Shown here piece after piece: positions 10,384 to 21,316 of a stretch of DNA of 64,000 bases. The translations under genes and the position numbers were made by a program. This DNA comes from Balanoglossus misakiensis (taxonomy: Eukaryota; Animalia; Hemichordata). Under the pieces are notes generated by a model. That model searched no databases, was not told where the DNA came from, and saw only the letters and a program-made list of their open reading frames with translations. The stretch's first letter is position 1. Each line of letters starts with the position of its first letter. Where the stretch lies: NCBI GenBank assembly GCA_040954595.2, contig CM082585.2, forward strand, positions 2,696,902 to 2,760,901. Direction: 5' to 3'.

Positions 10384-10936
10384 GCAAGCCATTCTGAGGA
10401 TAGTGGCAGAGCAGCCAATCCCTGAACTTTGCAAAAAGTCTGCAATGTGTGCCAAAAGACATTTAAGACTTGTACTGGACTATTCAAACATTTCAGAGTA
10501 CATACAAATACCTTCCTATACTGGTGTTCTTTTTGTGGTAAAGGTTTTCATGAGAGGGTGAGGCTTGATGAACATAAATCTTCACATACAAAGAGAGGTT
10601 TTGTGCGCCGCAAGTTTGTGGATTTTCTGCTAATCTTATCTTGGTATGAAATGGCATGAAGCTAAACACTAAGATGAAATTCACCTATGTCATATTTGTG
10701 GGGGGGGAAAATGTCCTTCGAAGTTGGGCATGCAACAGCATCACAGATCATTCCATATTGCCAAATTTACATGCAATAAATATCGAAAGACCTTTGGTGT
10801 TAAGAGTGTGTACAAGACTAAGTCTCACCTGCTTGTCCACTCTAATGATAGCTCTCATTTGTACATGCAAGTACAAGTACATTTAAGATGCTCAGTTCTG
10901 TATCGGCTGCCTTGTGTTACCATGACAAAGTATTGA
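10384..10936 (+). pseudogene. Degenerate C2H2 zinc-finger array inside the TIR element (mirror copy ~24206-24757, minus strand)
   Basis: CNVCQKTF..LFKHFRVH, CSFCGKGF..LDEHKSSH, CHICG..GMQQHHRSFH and CNKY.KTF..SHLLVH fingers with stops and frameshifts. Preceded by a tttctttcttttccag acceptor. Confidence 0.75.
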
Positions 10937-11334
10937 TGGGTCTTTCATCTTTATAGGGATATTGTAAACTGGCTTTTGTAGGCTTCAGCCTAATAGCTCT
11001 GACTTGAGATTCATTCAGCATAGTAATCAATAAACACCATTTTGGACTTGTTTTTATTCATATTTTTATTGCATAAGGATGTTTATAATCATGACACAGT
11101 AGTCATTAAAGTTTTGTGTTTATCAAAATCTGCTTTGTTCTTCTTTCATGATTGTTATGTGTTTATTATAAAGCTGCTTTCGGAAGCATAAGAAAAGTGT
11201 TTTGCCAATGGTAATGTGAAATTACATAAAAGCCCAAGAATCAGCCACTTTTGGTGATTTTTTTCAGTATTTGTGTTTATTTTGTGTGTCAATTACAAAT
11301 TCTCATTTGGTTCCTGATAGCATGTTCAAATTAA

Positions 11335-11476
11335 GCAATGAAACACCCCCAGGCATGGTATACCACGAGATTTTGACCAGTTCATGACATATACGCACGA
11401 GCAATAGGGAGTGTGTATATGGAGTTGAACTGGTCAAAATCGAGTGGTATACCATGGCTGGGGGTGTTTTATTGCT
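11335..11476. repeat. Palindromic repeat (~50-bp arms), probable small non-autonomous element
   Basis: aaacacccccaggcatggtataccacgagattttgaccagttca / tgaactggtcaaaatcgagtggtataccatggctgggggtgttt. Confidence 0.7.
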
Positions 11477-14400
11477 ATTATATTATGCCAGTATATTGAA
11501 ACTTTGCATAAAACATTTTAAAAAGGCATTTTCTTTGACTATGATATATGACTGTGGTATATGGCTAATATATCACGGTCACGTGTCGTGTCTCGACCAA
11601 TCAAATAGCGTGATTTACACCATCAATATACTGGTATAATATAATACCCAATATTGAACTTTGCAATTTAATGTCTATACATGGAAACTGCAGTTATTGC
11701 TGACATTCTTGTCAACAATAACAATGCAGTATACAAGTTTACAAGCTGAATACTGTTTGAATAAACATGCTTTTGAGGGGAGAACAAGAATTTTCAATTG
11801 ATACAAAAACAGTGAAAAGGGTCATGAAAAGTGGCTGTTACTGGGCTTTAAAGAGACAGTTTACTTGACAAAACACCATGATGGGTGTGAACTGACTGTG
11901 TGGTCCCAGTATTCAATGACCTAAGATATATTCAGTCAAACATTGTTTATTATATACAGTCTGCACAAATGGTAAACCAATGTTCAGAAATGTTCTTTCT
12001 ACTTGGGTGTGATATGCTGGCTTATAAGCATGTAAGTGCCAACTTGACTCTTCCCACAGGAATACACTAAAAGTTGCTAAAAAAACCTACTTGTCATTTT
12101 CTTAAAATTTTGCACACACATTAACCAGAACAATTACATTCACTGTTCAAATAAAACTACATGGTCAGCACACTTAATTTGGAGATAAACTGGATGTTTT
12201 CAAAGATAGAAAAACCACTGGTTAAAAGAATTCTGACTATTTTTCTTATCAGAACTGAGAAATAAAAATCTTGTTCATCAGATGTTTTGGTCAGGCTTCA
12301 GAAACAATGAGAGATTGTAATTTTTTCCCAAAAGGGTGAATTGTGTGCAGCAAAACAAACATTTCCAAACAACAAATGGTGTCTACAAGCTATAGATAAT
12401 ACAACTATCCAAACGCCCATCTAGCAAAACCAATTCTCTCTCAAAGAAAAAAATTCCAATGAACTATTAATTTTTTTTCCTGGCCTTGTCAGTTAAATTC
12501 ACTGCCTCATATTTCAATAACTTGCACACTGACCTCTGAATTTTATTACAAATTTTGATAATACTAAAGTATTACAGAGAAGTTAAACATTTGCAAGTGA
12601 AAGATGACAATTCTTTCAATTTTCCAAATCCATACATCTTTAAGTTTATGTTGCATTACTGTTCATCCTGTATACTGCCAGTGTTCGTTCATTAACTTTG
12701 ATGTAGCATGCTGGTCTGACAAACCAATGGGTTTGTGTTTGGCAGTCCTCCTATTTTCAATGTCAAACAGATGATCCTAAAATAGAAACAATTGAGAGAA
12801 AGATCAACAGCCAGTGACAGCAAACTATGCATAAAAAGGCTTTAAGGTATATTTTTGTAATTTTGCATTTGTGGAGAAAGGCTGAAAACCTTTGCTTTTT
12901 TCTTCCTTTCGTCCTCTGTTGTCTAAAAGTATTTAATATACAAATGTACATCTTGTCTGTACTCTGTAATGCTACATAATTGATGTGCAAAGGGAAATCA
13001 TGTGGGCGGCTTGTGATGTGAGACATTCAGTGAACTGCATTTTCCTGTGCATCGTACACCGGCCAATGCATGTAGGAATTCACACGGTTTCCAAATTTTG
13101 TCGAAGTGATTTAGAAATGCACCGTGCGAGTGTACAAACGGAAATGTAATACGAGGTACGACTGCGTTCCAGTGTTTACTTACTGTGTACAGTATAGGAA
13201 AGTATACCACATGCACACTGTAAATCAAATTTTGGCGAAGATCTCTGAAAAAACTACCGCAACTAGTGTATCGAAACTTTACACGGTGGCGCTTTGTTAT
13301 AATAGTTGTTCGTTGATCATAGTCTTAAATGCGAAAAGGTTTCCGACTAGGTATAAAGAGAAGAAAATCGTAATACGAGGTACGACTGCGTTCCAGTGTT
13401 TACTGTGTACAGTATAGGAAAGTATACCGCATGCACACGGTAAATCAAATTTTGGCGAAAATCTCTGAAAAAACTACCGCGACCAGTGTATCGAAACTTT
13501 ACACGGTGGCGCTTTGTTATAATAGTTGTTCGTTGATCATAGTCTTAAATGCGAAAAGGTTTCTGACTAGGTATAAAGAGAAGAAAATCGCTTACCTGCG
13601 ACAACTTTCCAAACGGCAATGGCGGACGCGGGGCGCCCCTAGTGGCGAAAATGTGTATATTGGATGTCACGCTTTAAAGAATCAGACGTAAAACTATACA
13701 GAACTATGCTCCACTATAAAGCATTTTCGGCTGTACTTAGTAGGCTGGATGTCACACTATGTGTTTAATACGTGCTTTACTTGGGGTTTGGATGCTCTAC
13801 ACATAATGTCTATGGAGGGCCTGACCATGACACCCTCTTACTGCATAATGCAAAGGGGTGTCTCCATTCTGTAAGTAATGAAGGAGGAGCATGATGAGAA
13901 TGTCAAGAAAAATGAAATGTAACATGAGGTTATTTTGTTAAAATGAACGATCGAACAAACACACAAAGGACAAATAATCGCAAACTCCATTGTGGATAAT
14001 ATTAACCAACAGTAAATGGCATTTGAACAGAAACAGTATCGACTCTACACACAAGATGTGTAATTCAGTTTTATACATGCATTTTAACAAGCTAAAAGAA
14101 TTCTGACAAAATATCTGCCAGTTGATACAGAAAGAAAAGTTACTATAAATAATTCACAAACAAACTCAAATTTGACAACTTGCAAAACAGATAACATTAC
14201 GGATAACCAATACACCTATTTTAAACTTAACTTTATTTATGATTTTCTATCAAAAAACTGACAGTGATGTGATGTTAGTGAACATTTCCTGAATGGGACC
14301 AATTTATTTTTGCAACCTGCACAATATAGAAGAAGATTTAGCAAACAACTACAGTGACATTTAGTAGAATTGTCAGAAGAATTTTGAAAAATCACATCTC

Positions 14401-16667
14401 ATCTCCAATATGATGACAAATTTGAGATATGTGGAGATTTATGTGGAAACAGATCAAACATCTGAGCTAACCAAACTATGTTTATTTCCTGTAGGAGGGC
14501 ATCAGACTGTTCTCAGCACAAAGTAGCCAAGCTGTGCAGACTGAACGATGTCGATCAAAGGGGAAATAACAGAGAAATTGTATGTGACAAGGGATAAATC
14601 AATCATCATTAAAATAAATTTCTACTGAGTGGTCCAACAATATCAAGTAGAGTTGTGCAATGGTGTCACTAGTTATTTGTAGAAATAGTGTTTAAATAAA
14701 AAAAACTTGAATTTCACCGAAAAAAAAATCCATCTGAAGAAAGTTAACACTGATTCCCTTTCTCCATCGCACTGCATCAAAAAGTCTAATAACCAAAGAA
14801 AGACTTCAGTGGACACTGTGGCCAATGGGAATGTGTGGCAAACAAAATTAAATGCAATGAATGCAGTCATTCTTTTCATGAAATATATAGAACAAACAAC
14901 ATTATCAAAACTCTTCATAAGAGATACCATTGAAAGCCACAGTAGCACTAACTTTAAAGGACATTTGTGTAACCATTCCAGCCGTGCCCCACACTAAAAC
15001 AGAACAGATTGGACCAGTCACACTTCCCTTAATCCTATTGTTCCCAATGTTTATCTCATCAATATATCTATTGCATGCTTTTAGCACCTTCTCTCAGGTT
15101 CTGGAACCTGGTTGGTTAAAACTGGCTGTTCTGGCCATCTTGATCACCCCTTTGAAATGATTGGGTAAGTGACAGACAGTGATGAGAAGCTGAGGAGTGG
15201 AGCCGCACAGACCTCATGTTTTATAAGCTTGAGCTATTTCCAAGAGAAAGAGCAATCCAAATGCTGCCGCTGTGTTGCTCAGAATGATGAAAAAAATCAT
15301 CCGACTGAACAATTTAATGTTAAAATGTATTATATTTTATAAAGTTTATAAAAGGTAAATTGGGTTGGCACTGTGCTATTCGGCCTGAAGTACAAGCTAA
15401 AACTGGCCGACTCCTCTCGGCACCGTCAACAAGCACCCCTGCCCCCAGCAAGTCCCCAACTTGACATGTGTGATGTGACCATGGCTGCGCATCCGTCCTT
15501 CGGTCCTAAAAGTTGCCAAACGAACCCCAGTTTAAAACGGCCCCAATCAGAGCCGCAATGAAAACAAGTTCTTCTGGTAAAGTCTTACTCAAAATGTTGC
15601 TATGACTATAATTCTGACACAAAACTGAGCATGAGTGTGGACTGATTGCATAAAAATATTTTGAAAGTACTTCATGTAAAAAAGGGAGGAGGCTCCACAA
15701 ACCAGACTATTTTTGTTTATGTACATGATGTACTTGTGCGAGGGTTGTCAACTTGATAGCCATTGTCAAGATTTACAATCGTTATAAGAGTGTACGTATA
15801 CAAGAAAAGTAAACTCCTGAATATTAAAGGGACAAAGTCTCTCTCTCTCTCGCTTCCCTTTTTCCATTAATTATGTTTGATACAAGACACTGTTTATGTT
15901 ATTCTACATGTGTATGTAGTGAATCAACGTTCGACCACACACAAATATGCAAAGGAGAATTTATTAATAAGCCATACCCACCAAAATCTTATCAGATCTA
16001 GAACAATGCTACATACAAAATTTCATATCATTGGATTCAATTTCTCTCAAGATATGAGTGGAACAAAATCTGTCTACAGAAGGACAGACAGAAATCGCTG
16101 TGCCAATAATGAGATTATTATTTAAACCACAAAAGATTGATGATAAACAATGCAATAAACAACAACATCCTTATGTTCAACAAGACAGTTTTTGGCAGAT
16201 GCTGGAGACAATCCCCCTTTCTCATAACTCCAAATTGCTCACAGTGGAGATCAAATGTCTCAGATATAGGAGAGACAATCACATCACCATAATGAATCAA
16301 TACTTGCCTGTGTCTGGACAACACCTGGCCGAGAGGAAGTAGTTTTGATTCAAAGGACAATGATAAATTATATGGCACCTCCTTATGATGAATTGTATTA
16401 GGTACCAGACAGGAGTTGGCAGATGCTGGAGGCCGACAGACAAACACCCTATCTGATACTTTCTGTGATAGGATTGGCATGGACTGTCATCAGTCTGTCT
16501 GTACAACACCTGACCAATGGAGGGAGTAGTTTTGATTCAAAGGGCAATGGACAAATATATACATTGTATCCCAGACACAATTTACTAAGAAAACTACAGA
16601 GGAAATGGCACTATTGAGAAAGCTCATACTTTTAGAATTTACCTGCAGAAGTCAGGTTGGTATTTAC

Positions 16668-16769
16668 CTTGTTTTGTATGGTTACATCAGCTTTGTGTTC
16701 CAATAACAATCTGACACGGCCTTCACCAACATCCCTCCTTGCTGCAGAGTGCAAAGGGGTGTCTCCCCA
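16668..16769 (-). CDS. Ankyrin exon, duplicate of 1120-1221
   Basis: 102 bp, same splice sites and peptide. Confidence 0.85.
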
Positions 16770-16939
16770 CTGTAAGTAATGAAGGAGGAGCATGAGAACA
16801 ATGTCACAAAAATTAAACGTAATGTGTAATTTTCCTTAAACAAAAAAACAAACAAACAAACAAACAGACAAACAAAAAATAAATGAATAAATCATTCCAT
16901 ACTGATAGATTAACCTGCAGAAGTCAAGTTGGTATTTAC

Positions 16940-17038
16940 CTGGGTTTGTATGGTAACATCAGCTTTGTGTTCCAATAACAATCTGACACAGCCTTCACCA
17001 CCAAACCCTGCTGCATCATTCAAAGGGGTGACTCCATC
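16940..17038 (-). CDS. Ankyrin exon, duplicate of 1403-1501
   Basis: 99 bp with its native acceptor cattacttacag. Confidence 0.85.
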
Positions 17039-17853
17039 CTGTAAGTAATGAAGGAGAAGCATGGGAACAATGTCACAAAAATTGAAATGTAATATGAGGT
17101 TTCTTTAAACAAACAAACAAACCTACAAATAAATAAACAAATATCAAAAGTATCAGCCATATTGCAAAAAACAACCAAGAATGGCATACTGACTGATTTG
17201 AAAGGATAATCCACAGTCCTTCTACACACAAAATGAAAATTGGCGACTGTTAAAATGAATACAGATCAAAGAATGACGGTGAAGAATCTCAATTGATTCT
17301 AACAGCGAGGAAAACGCTTTGACTAGTCATATAGTTTTTAACATTTTATTTTTTAGACTCCATAGCTTAACTAAGGATGGAGGGGATCTGGAAGATTTAA
17401 AAAAAGATTGCCAGCAAAATTTCAGAGATGGCTTGAAAAAAAATAAAAATTTGTTAACTTTGGTGAAACACAAAAAAATCCATCAAAATTTACTTTCTGG
17501 AACATATTTATTCATTCGGAACAAATGTGTCAAATACACTATGGTTCAACATCTTTGGCTAAATTGTAAAGATTGTTAAATTTAGAGTGCAATGTGTCCC
17601 ACTGTCCTTCCTATGGCTGGATCCCAAGGGTATCATGGTTAGTAAAACTAAATCAGTATGGGTAATACTTTTTGGCCTTTCCCTCTTCTTGTTCAGGGTT
17701 AGCTTGTTTCTTCCCATTGAATTTGGATCATGCAAAGTAATTTTGGATGAAAATAAGAGTGTTGTAATTAGGTCTTTTTCAAAGGCATTTTTTTTTATTA
17801 TCCATTTGTGTGGCCATGTTATCCATAATAAAGTGATAAGTCAGTTCACGTAC

Positions 17854-17952
17854 CTCATCCTTCGCATTGACATCTGCACCATGGCTAATCAACACACTGA
17901 CAGCATCCAATTTACCTTTGAAGGACGCTGCATGCAATGCTGTTGAATCATT
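17854..17952 (-). CDS. Ankyrin exon, duplicate of 6342-6440 (R to S change)
   Basis: 99 bp, ag/gt, phase 0. Confidence 0.85.
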
Positions 17953-18322
17953 CTGGAATAAAGACGTTTAATGTTGGCATAAAAATGACATCACAAATCT
18001 GATACTTGCAATCACTATTGTAATAATGGTTTTGATTACGATGGTGTGTTATTTCAGTAATAGACTGATATAGATTTGAATATGAAAGATCATAATTATG
18101 GTATTTTCTAAGGTTGAGTGACAATTCTCTATGACCAAAACACATGTACAGTAAAACCCGTCTAATCCGAACACCAAAGGGACAGAAGAAATTGTTCAGT
18201 TTACAGATGTTTCCGGTTTGTAAAGGTTCTTTTAACACGTGGTTCTATGTCAAGGGGACAGGAAAATGTGTTCATTATAGACAGTTTTCCAGATATGGCA
18301 TGTTCCATTTCGACAGGTTTTT

Positions 18323-19850
18323 AGGTCCCATTGGTATAGGCCTATATACCATGGGACCTTATGGGATGGGTTGCGTCTGTATGTATGTATGGATGGATGG
18401 ATGGATGGATGGATGGATGGATGTATGTATGGATGTATGTCTGTATGTCCGTCCACATCAAAAACTTGAAAACCGCTGCGCGTATCACCTCAATATTTGG
18501 TGTGTAGGTGCAGGCAGGGCTGTAGATGGGAGTTTGTCCAAACGAAGTTGCCAGGCCCAAAAATATGCAAATTAGCTTGTAAAATGTGAAATTTATCAAA
18601 ACTCTGTAAGTCAACAATTACTGGTCAGATTGCTTTGAAAATTGGTATGCATGTACCTTATGTCAACCTCACACCGACCTGTAAGTGTTAAGTTGATATC
18701 ATGGATGTTTTATTTTTTATGAATTTTTTAGTCTTTTTATTAAATTTATACCTTTACTTATACCTCTGTGGTTAAGCTATGTCCACGTCTTATTGTGGAA
18801 TTCTGGTCTGTGCAATAGTCCTGTACAGTGACTGTCTATTGGTCAGTGAGCACAATGGGGCCAAAATAAAAGGCAAATTTTTGGGCTCACCTGTGACACC
18901 TGCTTAACACATTAATTATGTGCATACCTAATTCCGGGCTAACTAATAGGGCTAGAGGTTTCGTTCTTGTGGGACATGGACCAGTATAGGGTCAAAATTT
19001 CTTGCCAAAATTTTGGGTGACCTCAGGTGACCTTTGACCTACTTTCCTATATCTCGGCATCCAGAGCAGGTACAGACTTGGCGTTTGGAGGGTTGGGACT
19101 AAAATTGAAAAGCCAAAATATGGGTCACCTGTGACACCTGCATATCTCATTAATTATGTGCATACCTCATTCCGGGCTAACCAATAGGGCTATAGGTTTG
19201 GTTTTTGTTGAACATGGACCAGTATAGGGTCAAAATTTCTTGCCCAAATTTTGCATGACCTCAGGTGACCTTTGACCTACTTTTCCATATCTTGGCATCC
19301 AGAGCAGGTACAGACTTGGCGTTTGGAGGGTTGGGACTAAAATTGAAAAGCCAAAATTGGGGGTCACCTGTGACACCTGCATATCTCATTAATTATGTGC
19401 ATACCTAATTCCAGGCTAACCAATAAGGCTTTAGGTTTGGTTTTTGTTGAACATGGACCAGTATAAGGTCAAAATTTCTTGCCCAAATTTTGCATGACCT
19501 CAGGTGACCTTTGACCTACTTTATCATATCTTGGCATCCAGAGCAGGTACAGACTTCGCATTTGGAGGGTTGGGACTAAAATTGAAAAGCCAAAATTGGG
19601 GTTCACCTGTGACACCTGCATATCTCATTAATTATGTGCATACCTAATTCCAGGCTAACCAATAGGGCTATAGGTTTGGTTTTTGTTGAACATGGACCAG
19701 TATAGGGTCAAAATTTCTTGCCCAAATTTTGCATGCCCTCAGGTGACCTTTGACATACTTTTCCATATCTTTGCATCCAGGGCAGATATGCTTATTGCTA
19801 TGTTGCTATGTGCTATGTCCTCAAATGGGACCACAGTGTCCTTGACGCTA
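18323..19850 (+). mobile_element. DINE-1/HINE-type non-autonomous Helentron derivative
   Basis: Absent in copy 1 and inserted in a T-run. Subterminal IR ggtcccatt / aatgggacc, 5' palindrome, (GGAT/GTAT)n microsatellite, ~3.6 central ~239-bp tandem repeats, 3' stem-loop agtgtccttgacgct. Confidence 0.82.
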
Positions 19851-20523
19851 TTTTTACTGCATGTGGTTGAACCACATTGAACCAAACTGTAGACTGATAC
19901 CATGTTCACACTAGGTAAAACTGGAACTGTTGATGAAAAAGTCCGCGCTGAATTGAGATTATTTATATTTGTGGGCTAGTGTAGGTCTGTTTTTGCACAA
20001 TCTAAATGTGGTGTTGTGTGCAGTTTCATTGTATTGCAAAGTTGTGGCGTAATAATTGTACCATGTTTGTTAATATGTTGAACTCTAAATAGATGTAACT
20101 TGAGTCACGAACGGTTGCGACATGCAAGTACTGAAATGTCGCCATCTCAGAAAAGAACTGCATCGCCACTTCTTGTATTGGTTCTCTCTTGCGTGTCTAA
20201 TAAAACCTTCGTCGCGAGAACGTTACATTATCCACATTAACGGCAGACAAAATAAGTGTAAACGTCCTCCAAAAATAAACGGGAAACCCGTTTTACTAAG
20301 AGGTGTATCCGATCTGCACCATCGATTTATTGCAGTTTGAATGAATGATGTTACCAGAAATTGCAATATTCAGCGTGGCAGTTTCTTGTCAGATATGGAC
20401 CTAACAGACTTCAATGAATCACTAATACAAGCCGAAGTAAACATGGCGCCCTTTTGTGACCCAACGCTTCTTTGAATACCACTTATCCTAAACCAGTTAT
20501 ATCTTGTGGGTTTTACATTACAG

Positions 20524-20966
20524 GTGAACCAGTGTCGAATACACCATGGTATACAGACCATGTTAGCTCTGATGTTACTGACACCAGTTATTCAAAAATG
20601 TCAACAGATGTCACAGAAGATACTGGCGCTGATGCTAAATCTGAAACTAGAATGACTGAAACAGAATCCCCGTTAGAGTTAACCGTAATGCAGCGATACG
20701 AAACGACAGATAACGAAGTTCTGACAGACATCCCTGATTACAAGGGCACTGAGAGCGTGTCTGGTTTCATCTTGAAAACCCTACGGCTACAACTGTAGTG
20801 CATGGGACTGAACCAGACGTTGAGGGTGCCCACACTGATTCTGTCTCCATATCAACAGATACAATCGACGCCAGCATCTTCTCTCCTCATACTGCATGTA
20901 AAGGTCCACTGTGCCAACATTTCCCAAGCATTAGTGTTGTCGATGGCGATTCGAAAGTGCCCCGCT
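20524..20966 (+). pseudogene. S/T-rich (mucin-stalk-like) exon, frameshifted copy
   Basis: tacag| acceptor and |gtaagt donor, phase 1 at both ends in the reconstructed frame. 4-bp and 6-bp deletions near 20775-20785 relative to copy 1. Confidence 0.6.
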
Positions 20967-21181
20967 GTAAGTATAGGCCCACTGTGCTTCACAATCACAA
21001 TTGTAGAAACAAAACACAATCAAATAATATAAAATGAGACTGGGCGGCCTTAATATTTTTGAAACACCTGCATGATATCACTTCTTTATTTTGCCAGAGG
21101 TCCGTGCATCTTTCTTTCACGGTTTTGTCTTCTGGCTGCATTTATGGTTGTCTGTGCTAGGCCACGCTGTGCTGCTGATGT

Positions 21182-21185
21182 TGTG

Positions 21186-21226
<41 letters not shown>

Positions 21227-21227
21227 G
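21182..21227. repeat. (TG)n microsatellite
   Basis: Direct reading. Confidence 0.95.
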
Positions 21228-21316
21228 CGGTTTTTGATTGGCCATGTACCAGTCAATGGTAAAATATATTTGCCTAGTGATTTTATTGAATATATAGATG
21301 GTTATGCTCGCAAATA

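Larger units (their letters stand above)
9292..13823. mobile_element. Non-autonomous long-TIR (foldback-like) DNA transposon, copy A
   Basis: 768-bp TIRs (9292-10059 and 13056-13823) starting caggccctccatagac. 5-bp TSD accat. No transposase visible. Confidence 0.93.
9230..13868 (-). pseudogene. Ankyrin exon split by a transposon (13868-13824 + 9286-9230 = NGDTPLHYAVRGCHGEGLVRLLLEHKADVTISNK)
   Basis: Removing 9292-13823 and one TSD copy restores a 102-bp exon with ag/gt ends. Confidence 0.88.
15559..20869. repeat. Segmental duplication, copy 2 (part alignable within the window; the unit probably starts at ~7947)
   Basis: Colinear with 1-7945. Lacks the LINE and the 44-bp insertion, and has an extra element at 18323-19850. 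Confidence 0.95.

Noticed and set aside
9424-13691. Repeated 86-97 aa ORFs (MHTVNQILAK.., MRVYKRK..) as genes
   Set aside because: They recur only because they lie in the TIR subrepeats, and have no recognisable domain.
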